Below are positions 1-9,904 of a DNA stretch of 25,994 nucleotides, piece after piece; position 1 is the first letter of the stretch, and each line of letters begins with the position of its first letter. The notes under the pieces were generated by a model. The model had not been told where the DNA came from. It saw only the letters and a list, made by a program, of their open reading frames with translations, and did not search any database. This stretch comes from Prasinococcaceae sp. CCMP 1430. Taxonomy: Eukaryota; Plantae; Prasinodermophyta. A program made the translations under genes and the position numbers. The DNA is taken from contig RQSC01001135.1 in assembly GCA_013416795.1 (NCBI GenBank), positions 1 to 25,994 of the forward strand, read 5' to 3'.

Positions 1-114
1 GCGCCACGCCCCGCTCGGCCCGCGCGAGGCGCCGCGCGCGCCGGCACGATCGCGCATGCCGCGACCACGCGCCGAGCGCCCTTTAGGTCAAGGGTTTCCA
101 AGCGCGCAACGCAC

Positions 115-724
115 CGAAGTAGTCGCCGTCGATGATCTTGTAGATGTCCTTGCGCGAGCGGCGCACCTCCTTCGTGGCCTGTGCCATCATGAGCTCGCGC
201 ACGCCCGGGAGGTTCTTCGCCGCGCCGTAGTAGCGGTACTCGCGGCCGTCGGGCGGCTGGAGGAGAGACAGGCCGAGGGAAGGGGAGGCGCGTCGCGTCA
301 GCCCGCGCGCGCGCTGCTGGGAACGTCCCGCGCGGCGCTGGGCGGGTGCGCGCCCTGGCGCGTGCGTGCGCACCTTATCCTCGCCGCTCTTGAGCGCCGC
401 CGCTCGCGCGGCCGCCGCGTAGTTCGGCCCGCCGAGTTCCATGACGCGCTTCTCCCAGTGGTACTTGGTGCGCACGAGCTTGTTGATGCCGTCGTTGAGG
501 TCGCGCAGCGTCTCCTCACCAAGCCCCTCGTTCTGGATCTCCTGCACCTTGCGGCCGATCTCCTTCAGCACGTCCGCGCGCCACTTCTCGGCCTCCTCTA
601 GCGAGCTCACCTCGCTCGCGAGGTGCGGCCGCCGCGCTGCGCGCGGGCGCAGCCCGAGGCGCTCGGCCTTGGCGTCGAGCCAGCGGTTCATCATGTTGTT
701 CTTCTGCTCCTCGGGACGCGCCAT
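115..724 (-). CDS. ISY1: Pre-mRNA splicing factor ISY1 (NTC component), 5' part; exons 724-374 and 256-115, continues beyond the left edge
   Basis: MARPEEQKNNMMNRW...RRPHLASEVSSLEEAEKWR...IQNEGLGEETLRDLNDGINKLVRTKYHWEKRVMELGGPNY and YRYYGAAKNLPGVREL match the ISY1 family. The 117-nt intron 373-257 has a GTGCG donor, CTGAC branch and CAG acceptor; the next GTGCG donor is at 114. Confidence 0.92.
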
Positions 725-1931
725 CGCGGCCGGCGGGGGGGGTGGACGCCGAAGCGGGCGCGCCCGCGCCTGCTGCGTCCGCTCGAGAGCGTCAGATCGA
801 CGCGCGGGGGAGCAATGGACGGGCAGGAAGGAAGGCCGCGCGGCGCGCTCGCGCTGTGGGCCGCCGCAGCCGTGGCTGTGGGCCGCCGCCCTGCGCGCGC
901 GCACCACACACACACATCCGAAACCGTAACGACCCCCTTTTTTTTGGGTTTGGGGCATCTTCGGGTCTACACCCATTTCGGCTCCGTCATACGGTATGTA
1001 CAACCCAGAAAAAAACTTTTTACTTAGGCCGTTGCTTCTAAGGCCGTTGCTTACTGTAATAGGGTGAATAAATTTTGGGCATAAATTCTGGCGTAGGCCG
1101 AGAACTTATTATCCAAAATTTATTCCAGGTGGGCGCTTGCTTAATAGCTGGAATAGGAATAAATTTTCGGGACCGTTTTCCCGCCGTTCGGGCAACCCAG
1201 ATCCATGGGCCCTCGATCTGGAATCGGTGCCCTGGGTGCATTACAGTAGGGTTTGATACAAAAGTGGGGATTGCATGAGGTTTGATATACAGTACTGTAA
1301 GTTGAGGTAGGTCTTAGTTGAGGTAGGTAGCTGGATGCGGATTCCGTCTTACAAGTCCTATGTGCAGTCAACGCCCTCGGGGAGAGATCCGGCGGCTGCC
1401 GCGCGCCCGAGCCGCAGCCGCCTCGCGCGCCCCCCTCCCCCGCCTCGCCCCGCCCGACGGCAGCCGCGCGTCGCGCGGGCGCGGCCGCGCGCCTGCACGC
1501 CGAGCGCGCGAACTGAGAGAGCATGCTGCGCCTCGTGTGCGGGGGTTGAGGGGGGTTGAGAGGTCCGCTCAGCAGGGCGCGCAGCGCTCCCGCGCAGCTG
1601 TCTGTCCCACCCCCACGCAGCGCGCTCGCAGTGACCGCTGAGCGCGGCCACATCACCGCATAGAATCTAAAACATCTAAAAAAAGCGAAATGAATGCATT
1701 TTGACATGAAATCCACGCAATGGTGTTTTTGGGTGCCTGTTCCCCTGGGGGACGTGTGCGGGGGCGGCCAGGTGGCGGCGCGCGACGGGCGGGGGCGTGC
1801 GCCAGTGGGCCGGGGGGAGGCGGCGCGCCTCCTCCCGGCGTCGCGGCTTCCCCCGGGAAGGGAAGCGGCAGAGCGGCAGTCGGAATCGAGCGGTGCGCGG
1901 CGCGGCCTGTCAGCGGCGCGCGCGCGCGACG

Positions 1932-4900
1932 ATGGCCGACGGCGCCGCCGAGGCGATGGCGGCGCTCTCGGTCGACGAGAAGGCGGCCGCTGCGGCGGCG
2001 GCCAAAGCCGAGGCGGACGCCAAGGCCAAGGCCGAACTCGACGCCAAGAAGGAGTACTACGCCAAGCGCATCGAGCTGTTCGAGGGGTTCAAGGCGCGCG
2101 AGGACGCCAAGGTGCGCGCGCGCCGGCGCGCCGCCCCGCCGCGCCAGAGCGCACGGGCGATGCGCGCCACCTAGGGCGGCCGTCTGCGGCGGCAGGCAGC
2201 GGCTGCGCTGCATGGACGCGCCCTCGCTCCGCTGACGCGTGCCCGCGAGCGCTCCGCCCCGCCCGCGCACGCCACGCCCGCCCATTGTGTCCACTGTCCT
2301 CCCCCAGATTGTCGCCGCCAAGGAGGCTGCCGTGCCCATGACTGTGGTGCTGCCCGACGGCAAGGAGGTCGAGGCCGTGCGCGGCGTCACCACGCCGATG
2401 GACATCGCTGTCGGCATCTCCAAGGGTCTGGCGAAAAAATGCATCGTGGCGACGGTCGACGGCAAAAGTTGGGACCTCAAGCGCCCGATGGGGGTGGACG
2501 GGCAGGGTGAGCGAGTGGAGCTCAAGCTGTGCACCTTCGACGACGCCGAGGGCAAGGAGACCTTTTGGCACTCGACCTCTCACATCCTCGGCGAGCTACT
2601 CGAGCTTGAGTATGGCGTCGACCTCACCATCGGGCCCCCCATCGAGGAGGGCTTCTACTACGACTGCTACATGGGCGAGCGCACGCTCAACGAGGCTGAC
2701 CTTCCCAACATCAAGAGCAAGGTACGTGCATGTGCGCGCGCGCCCCTGGGCATGCGCGCGAGAGGGGAGAGAGCGAAGGGAGGACTTGCCCCAGTTGAGG
2801 CCGCTATCGCTGCGAGTGCGAACAGCGTGCCTGTCGTGTTGTGCAGCAGCGGCGGGCAGGCGGGGGGGGATGGGGCGCGCCAAGGGCGCTTGAGGGGTGA
2901 CGATTCTTACTTGGTCCGTGTTACTCAGAGGCACATGGAGCCTGCTGCAGAATCCAAGATTTCCGACCTCGTGCTAAAGACGCATGCGCGCGCGCGAGCG
3001 CGCTTCGCACATGTCGTGTGTACGACGGCGCGCGGGCGGGGCGGGAAGCTGACGCGCGCGGCCGCCTGTCCCCCTCCTCCCCCCCCTCGGATGTCGCTCA
3101 GATGGAGGCCGCCGTTAAGGAAAAGCAGGAGTACCAGCGCATTGAGGTGTCTCGCGAAGAGTGCCGTAGCATGTTTCTGGAGAACAAGTTCAAGCTTGAG
3201 ATGCTCGACGCCCTGCCGGACGATGCGATCATCTCGGTGTACCGCAATGGCCCCATGGTTGACATGTGCCGCGGCCCGCACATTCCCAACACGGAGATGG
3301 TCAAGGTGCGCGCGCCTGCCCGTGCACGCGCGGGGTGTGAGCGATCGCGCTCGTGTGAGCACTCGCGCTCGTGTGTGCGCCGGGAGCTCGCGCGCTTGCG
3401 CCCGCGCGTGCACGGAACGCGCGCCCTCGAAGATGAAGAATATTGAGAGACCTGAAATGAGTGGGCGATACACCCACGGTGCTTCCAACATCAATATGCG
3501 GTTATGAGCCTGAGAGGGATTGCGCGATTCCTTCGGCAGCGGAGTTTTGGGCCTCTCGCACTCGTCCAGTCGAGGCACCCGCCTTTGCTGACACCCACCA
3601 CTCTGCGCTGCACGTGTTATAGGCGATCGACGTGACGCAAAGCTCGCGCGCTCACTGGCGCGCGGACGTGAAGCGCGAGCCCCTGATGCGTGTGTACGGG
3701 ACTGCGTTCCCCGAGCCCAAGATGCTGCGCGAGTATCAACACCGCATCGCCGAGGCCAAGAAGCGCGACCATCGCGTGCTGGGCACCAAGCACGAGCTCT
3801 TCTTCTTCAACGGCGTGTCGCCGGGCTCGTGCTTCTGGCAGCCTGCCGGCGCCTGCATTTACAACACGCTCGTCGACTTCATCCGCGAGAAGTACTGGGA
3901 GTACGAGTACGGCGAGGTCATCACTCCGAACATCTTTAACTTCGACCTCTGGCACACCTCTGGCCACGCAGCGCACTACAAGGACAACATGTTCAGCTTC
4001 AATGTGGAGAACCAGGAGTTCGGGGTAAGTGCCTGCGCGTGCGCGGTTGCGCGCATGGCCTCCGCGCGGCAGTGCCGAGGAGGGAGTTTTCCTACTTTGT
4101 CCGTGTTGCTCAGAGGCACACGGAGCCCGCTGCAGATTCCAAGACATCGGACCTCGCGCTGTGGCGCAGCTGCGTGCCACCGCGCGCGCGCGCGTGCCCT
4201 CACTCCGTGGCACGCCCACGGCGCGCTTGTGTGAGTGCGGCAACTGACGCCGCGCAACGCGCCAACGCACCTGCAGCTCAAGCCGATGAACTGCCCAGCC
4301 CACTGTGTGATGTTCCGCGAGCGCCGCCGCACGTATCGCGAGCTGCCCTTGCGCTACGGAGACTTCGGCGTGCTGCACCGCAACGAGTTCTCGGGCGCGC
4401 TGCACGGCCTCACGCGCGTGCGCCGATTCCAGCAGGATGACGGGCACATTTTCTGCCGGCCCGACCAGATGGAGTCCGAGCTCACTAGCTTCCTCAAGTT
4501 CCTCGACGAGGTGTACGACGTCTTCGGCCTCGAGTACCAGATGGCGCTGTCGACGCGCCCCGACGACTACATGGGCGAGATCGAGCTGTGGGACCAAGCC
4601 GAGAGCGCGCTCAAGAACGTGCTGGAAGCCAGCGGCCGCGACTGGTACCTCAACGAGGGCGACGGCGCCTTCTACGGCCCCAAGATCGACATCACTGTGT
4701 TTGACGCGCTCAAGCGTAGGTTTCAGTGCGCGACCGTGCAGCTCGACTTCCAGTTGCCGAAGCGTTTCGATCTCAAGTACACCACCGAGGACGGGACCGC
4801 GCAGCCGGTCCTCATCCACCGCGCCGTCCTGGGCTCGGTCGAGCGCATGAGCGCCATCCTCATTGAGCACTTCGCCGGCAAGTTCCCGCTGTGGCTGTCA

Positions 4901-5374
4901 CCCCGCCAGGTTATGATTGTCCCCGTGTCCGAGAAGTTCCTGGCGTACGCGAAGGAGGTGCGCACCATCATGCGCCGTTCCAAGCTGCACGTGGACGTGA
5001 ACGCCTCGGACAACACCATCAACAAGAAGGTGCGGGAGGCGCAGCTTGCGCAGTACAACTACATCCTCGTCGTGGGGGCGAACGAGCAGGCCGCCGGCAC
5101 GGTCAACGTGCGCACGCGCGACAACCAGGTGCACGGGGAGCAGACCGTCCATCGCGTGTGCGAGGTGCTCTCTTTTGAGCGCGACCAGAGGCTCAAGGGC
5201 TCGATGTTCCAGGGCATGAAGGCCTGCCAGCAGGTCCAGTCCAACCAGAAGGCGGACGAGAGCGCGGCGGACGCCGGTAAGGGCAAGGGCAAGGGTGGCG
5301 GGAAGCAAGGCGGCAAGAAGGACAAAAAGGGCGCCGACAAGCCCAAAGAGGAGGGTATGCCATGCGTGGCGTAG
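1932..5374 (+). CDS. TARS: Cytosolic threonyl-tRNA synthetase; exons 1932-2111, 2308-2721, 3102-3305, 3623-4024, 4277-5374 (~765 aa)
   Basis: TGS domain (VVLPDGK...TTPMDIA), editing domain ([28 protein letters not shown]), catalytic core ([55 protein letters not shown]) and anticodon domain. All four introns are GT-AG, phase 0, and join in frame. Confidence 0.96.
2892..2970 (+). ncRNA. Intronic box C/D snoRNA, U18/snR18-like (copy 1, ThrRS intron 2)
   Basis: Terminal stem GAGG/CCTC; box C GTGACGA (2897-2903); box D CCGA (2963-2966). The 13-nt guide CTTGGTCCGTGTT (2910-2922) is complementary to the conserved LSU rRNA sequence AACACGGACCAAG and is followed by a D'-like CTCA in the same register as U18. 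Confidence 0.75.
3424..3518 (+). ncRNA. Intronic box C/D snoRNA targeting LSU rRNA CUCAUAACCGCAU (SNORD99-equivalent site), ThrRS intron 3
   Basis: Terminal stem CCCTC/GAGGG; box C ATGAAGA (3433-3439); D' CTGA (3452-3455); D CTGA (3510-3513). The 13-nt guide ATGCGGTTATGAG (3496-3508) is complementary to plant-type LSU ACUCAUAACCGCAUCAGGUCUCC. Confidence 0.8.
4077..4155 (+). ncRNA. Degenerate paralogue of the U18-like snoRNA (copy 2, ThrRS intron 4)
   Basis: Aligns without gaps to 2892-2970 at 65/79 identity. The terminal stem is kept, box C has decayed (GGGAGTT), box D reads CGGA, and the guide has one substitution (CTTTGTCCGTGTT). Confidence 0.55.
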
Positions 5375-5583
5375 AGCGCGCGCGCGCGCTCGTTTGTCAT
5401 TTCCAACGCGTGGTCGCACTCGTGCGGATGCACTCAAATGCGCGCGCGCGCGCGCGCGCGGGACGGCGTGCCTTCTGGTAGTCTGTGTTTTCGTTTATGG
5501 TACAGCGCGCGTGAGAGTGGGCGCGCGGAGGCCACGGCCGTCGCCCCAGCAGTGCTTCTGCCACGGCCCGCCCGGAACACATC

Positions 5584-6500
5584 TCAGCTAGCAGCGGCCG
5601 TCGCGGGCGCATCGTTCTCCATCAGGTCCCAGAGGCTGTTGGCGATGTCAAAGTTAGATGTCTTGGCCGGATCCATGTCGAACGGTCGGATGTCAGCCTT
5701 GGCAGGGTCGCTCACGTTGCCACGCACACGCTCGCCCGCCTCGTAATGCCAGATGATCTTGGACACGTGCGCGTACAGCGAAAGCTCGTGCTTGTTCTGC
5801 GGGAGAGCCTCAGCCTCAAGCGTGTCGGTCTCGGCACGCGTCGATGCGACCGCCGACATGCGGCTCGCAGCGTTGGCCTGAACCAGCGAAGCAGAGGGCG
5901 CGGGGTGGACAGAAATGGTGAGCGGGGGAGCGTGTGGTGGTCGTGATAATAGTGAGATGGGGGGGCACAGAGGTCAGCGCGAGCAACGTCGCTGCGTAAC
6001 AATGCGGGGCAAGTGCGCGCGCGCCAGCGCGCCAGCATACACAGGGCTTCTGTCGTGCCATGAAAGAGGCGCAAACGTCCCGCGCCGTCGCATGGCGTGC
6101 ACACGAGTGCGTGCGCCGGCGTCCGCGGATGGCACACACGCGCACACACCTTCTCCAACTCAAGCGCAGCGAGCTGGTCCTCGTACTGACGCACGACCTG
6201 CTCAGCGTCAGCCTTCTGCTCCTCCGCCTCCGCGACGCGGCGCTCGTGCGCCTCGGGGGGCTCGGTGGGCGCCGCGTCCCTCTCAACGGTAGCCACCCTG
6301 CGCGTCAGGTCGCGGATGGCGCCCTGCAGGTCCCCCTGCTTGGCCTCGCAGAGCGCGGCCATCTCGGCGGCGGCGACGCGCACGTGAGCGATCTTGGCCG
6401 CGTCGTCGCGCGACTCAAACACCATGTACAGGTCATCGATGACGCCGCTGGTCTCCTCGAACGTCGTCGCCGGCGGAGGGGCGGGCACGCCCACCGCCAT
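5584..6500 (-). CDS. SPC24: Kinetochore Ndc80-complex subunit Spc24; exons 6500-6150 and 5877-5584 (~214 aa)
   Basis: N-terminal coiled coil, then the Spc24 C-terminal signature ELSLYAHVSKIIWHY...RPFDMDP...SNFDIANSLWDLM. The GT-AG phase-0 intron 6149-5878 contains a CTGAC branch. Confidence 0.82.
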
Positions 6501-7336
6501 GGCTGCGGCACGCAGGCGGATGCACAGGCGCGTGCAGGCGCCTCGCGGGCGTTCGCGTGCGGGCGGCGGCAGCGGCGGCGGCGAGCGCGAATGCGGCGGC
6601 GCGTGCAGTGCGCGCTCGCGTCTCCCTGCGGGCGCAGCGCGCGCGCAGTGTGGCGCCCCCCCGCGCCCCCACCTGGGCGCCCGCGCGCGGCTAACAACAA
6701 CAACGCGCGCGCCCACCCACCCTCCGCGCACTTTCGCGTCCCTTCCGCGCGTTCGCGCGACCGCTTCGACCTCACGTTTCCCGCTCTTGTGGCGCGCAAT
6801 GCGCCGAATCCGAATCCCGCCTCGGCGCCCGCGCCCGCCGCTCCATCAAACCGCAGGCGCCCGTGCAAGTTCAAACGCCCGCCGAACGGGCGCCAACGGG
6901 CAGAAAAAAAAATTCGCACGCGCTTTGGCCTTTTGATATGCGGCCGGCGGAGGAAAAAAAAAAACGCAGGGAGCGAAGGAAGGCGACGGTCGAATTCCTC
7001 ACTGTGTGTCCCCTCATAGGGTTTATAAATAATACTGAATAAATATATGGTAACTTGCGCGCGTGCGCCAACCTCAAATGTGTGACCGAAACTCCACGCG
7101 TGGTCCGAATTCGATTTGATGAGCAACTCTTGCGCAAGGTGCACGTCGACCTTTTTTTTTTTTTTTTTAATGGCTTTCGCGCGCGCGCGCCGAGGTTCGG
7201 GTTGAGGCCCCATCTGGACACGCGTGCGTCGTGTGTGGACTGGGCTGTGATGAGCTTGTGAATTAGGGTTCAGATGATGATTGTGATATGCACAGTATTG
7301 CAGCAGTCGGGTGCGATGCCTGACTAGGGTTAGCAG

Positions 7337-9289
7337 CGGCGAGACGCGCCACAGCGCGCGCGCGCGCCGCGCGGGGGCCGGGCGCAGAGGGCGGCGGCGC
7401 TGGCGCCAGCGGCGGGACGTTCGAGCTGCGGGGCGCGGCCGTCGGCGACGTCGAGCGCCATGAGGCGCTGCTGGAGGAGTTCGAGCGCCGCGCGCGGGCG
7501 CGGGCGCAGGCTGTGCCCACGGCAGTAGCGGATGTCAAGGTGCGCCGGGCGGCGCGGCAGCACGCACGAGAGGCAATCGCGACCCGGCCCAGCGCGCGCA
7601 GCCCGTGGCGGCTGCGCAGCCCTACCTGGCCAAGGGTGCACGTTCTAACACCGGCGCCGTGACGTCCCGCCTTGCCTCCCTCTCCCGCTCTTCCCCCCGT
7701 GGCCGACCGCGCGATCTATTTTCATCCCGCACGCCCCTCCTGCGTGTGGCGCGCGATCCTGCGCGTGTGTATTACAGGCGCGCCTGCGCGCGATGGGCCA
7801 TCCGGTGACCCTCTTCGGCGAGGACCCGGCAGACCGGCGTGATCGCCTTCGCAAACTCATGGCCGAGAGCGGCGAGGACGCCCTGGCTGAAGCAGCTGCA
7901 GCTGCGGCCGCAGAGGGTGGCGAGGGCGATGGCGACTTTGCCGAGGCTATTGAACAGCGCGAGCTCTTCTACACTGAAGGTGGCGAGGGGTTGCTCGCCG
8001 TGCGCCGGCGTATCGCCGCGCACTCGCTCAGCGCAGCGAGCGCGCGGCTCGCCGCGCGACGCACGCTCGCGACGGATGAGGCAGCCGCGCGACGGACCCT
8101 CGACGAAAGGTCTGCCGCTCTTGCCGCCGCGCGCCGCGTCGAGCTCGGCTGCTCGGAGCTCGGGGACGAGAGACCGCTGTCGGCGTGCGCATTCTCCTCG
8201 GGCAGCGGCGGTGGCGGTGCACCTGCTCTCGTGACGGCATCGTGGGGCGGCGTCGTGCGCGTGTGGTCGAGCGAGGGCGACGAGCTGCAGCGACGTGCGG
8301 CGTGGATTGCGGGCGCCGAGCGCGTGACAGGCGTCGCGCTGCACCCACGCTTCTCCGCCGATAGCGTCGGACGGGCGACGGACGGCGACGGCGACGCGAC
8401 GATGGGAGGCGGCGGCAATGACGGCGTTGGCGAGGCAGGCGCGGGTGGCGGGGCCGAGGGGCACGTTCTGACTGCGAGCGCCGATGGCACGGCAACGGTG
8501 TGGAGTGCCGCTGGAGGGCGACGGCAGACGCTGCGCGGCCACCTTGAGCGCCTCGCGCGGTGTGCATGGCACCCAATGGGCGACCACGTGGCGACGGCAT
8601 CGTACGACAAGACGTGGCGGCTGTGGGACGTCGAAACGGGCGCCGAGCTGCTCCTGCAGGAGGGGCACTCCCGCGCCGTATATAGCGTCGCGTTCCAGTG
8701 CGATGGTGCACTGGTGGCCACAGGCGGCATGGACGAGCTCGTGCGTGTTTGGGATTGCAGGAGCGGAAAGTGCGTGCACGTGTGCAAGGGGCACGCCAAG
8801 TCCGTGCTGTCCGTTGACTTCTCCCCGGACGGATACACGCTTGCCTCCGGATCGGAGGACAACACCGTGCGGCTTTGGGACTTGCGCAAGGTGAGCACCG
8901 CGCACACGCGTGAGCATCGTGCGCGCTGATGCGGCGCGAAGGATGTCCGCGACAGGCGCGCTGCGAGTACTGCTGACACCGCCCGCCCGCGCGCGCTCCC
9001 GCCCACGCGTTTCGCGTCTGCCGCGCAGCGCGTGTGCCACGCGACCCTGCCGGCGCACGTCAATCTCGTGAGCGCTGTGCGCTTCTCGCGCGAGACGTGC
9101 GGTGCGGTGGTGGCCAGTGCGTCGTTCGACGGCACCGCCGCGCTCTGGTCGACGCGCGACGGCGGGCTGCTTCGGCGGCTCTCGGCGCACGAGGGCAAGG
9201 TGGCGGACCTGGACGTCGACGCGCGCGGGCGGGTGGCCACGGTGGCGCACGACCGCACCGCCAAGCTGTGGGCGCCTCCCATTGACTGA
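7337..9289 (+). CDS. PRP4: U4/U6 snRNP protein Prp4 (PRP4 motif + WD40 repeats); exons ~7337-7539, 7778-8890, 9029-9289; true 5' end unresolved
   Basis: Spliced ...EEFERRARARAQAVPTAVADVK|ARLRAMGHPVTLFGEDPADRRDRLR (PRP4 motif), ELFYTEG, CSELGDERPLS, and WD40 repeats (GHLERLARCAWHP, TASYDKTWRLWD, LLLQEGHSRAVY, RVWDCRSGK, ASGSEDNTVRLWDLR, HDRTAKLW). Confidence 0.9.
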
Positions 9290-9620
9290 TCCCATGCGTA
9301 AGCTGTGTGCCCGCGGGCGACCAACAACGCACGCGCACGCGCGCGCGGTGCCGCCGCGTCCGGGGAACAGCTCGATGAGGCCGCCGCCCGCGACTGCCGC
9401 CCTGGTTAGGGTTACAGTATGTATATTTGGGTATAAACCCTATTCCTCTCCCGTGGCTGTCCGCAGCATTCCGAATTCAAATACAACAATGCGCGCGCAT
9501 CACCGCGGCGGCCAGAGGGCGTGCGCCCCGCGCATGCCGCGGGGCGGGCGGGTGGGCGAGGGGAGGAGGCACGCGCGGGCGGAAAGCGGGGGTAAGCGGG
9601 GCAGAGGAGTCGCCTCCTCT

Positions 9621-9622
<2 letters not shown>

Positions 9623-9653
<31 letters not shown>
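9623..9653. repeat. Poly(C) homopolymer, 31 nt
   Basis: Directly visible about 250 nt upstream of the ATG at 9905. Confidence 0.9.
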
Positions 9654-9904
9654 ATAGCCCTACCCATGGGGCATGGGAGAGTATGCCGCCACACTCACAT
9701 CCACCCCCCACCCTTCTTTCCCCGCCCACCATCTCCCGGAGGCTTCGGGGCGCGCTGCGCTGCGCGCGCTCGCGCGCTGTCGAGCCCACGCGTGCGCTCG
9801 CGGGCCGACGAGTGAGAAGGCGTGCAAGAGACAGACCAGGTGGCGGCGGCAGGGGAAGCCTGCGGCGGCGCAGAGGGGGCCCGAGGGCGCGGCCGTCGCC
9901 CGCG

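Noticed and set aside
1303-1327. TGAGGTAG twice, identical to the let-7 5' end
   Set aside because: Only 8 nt, with no matching precursor hairpin, and let-7 is animal-specific.
7260-7271. GAATTAGGGTTC, identical to a stretch of 18S rRNA
   Set aside because: It is in sense orientation relative to the C/D boxes, so it cannot be a guide, and there is no flanking rRNA similarity; a telo-box-like motif explains it.
9620-9904. Poly-Pro N-terminal extension of the 927-aa ORF
   Set aside because: It derives from a TTG start and the poly(C) tract; homology and coding-type composition begin at ATG 9905.
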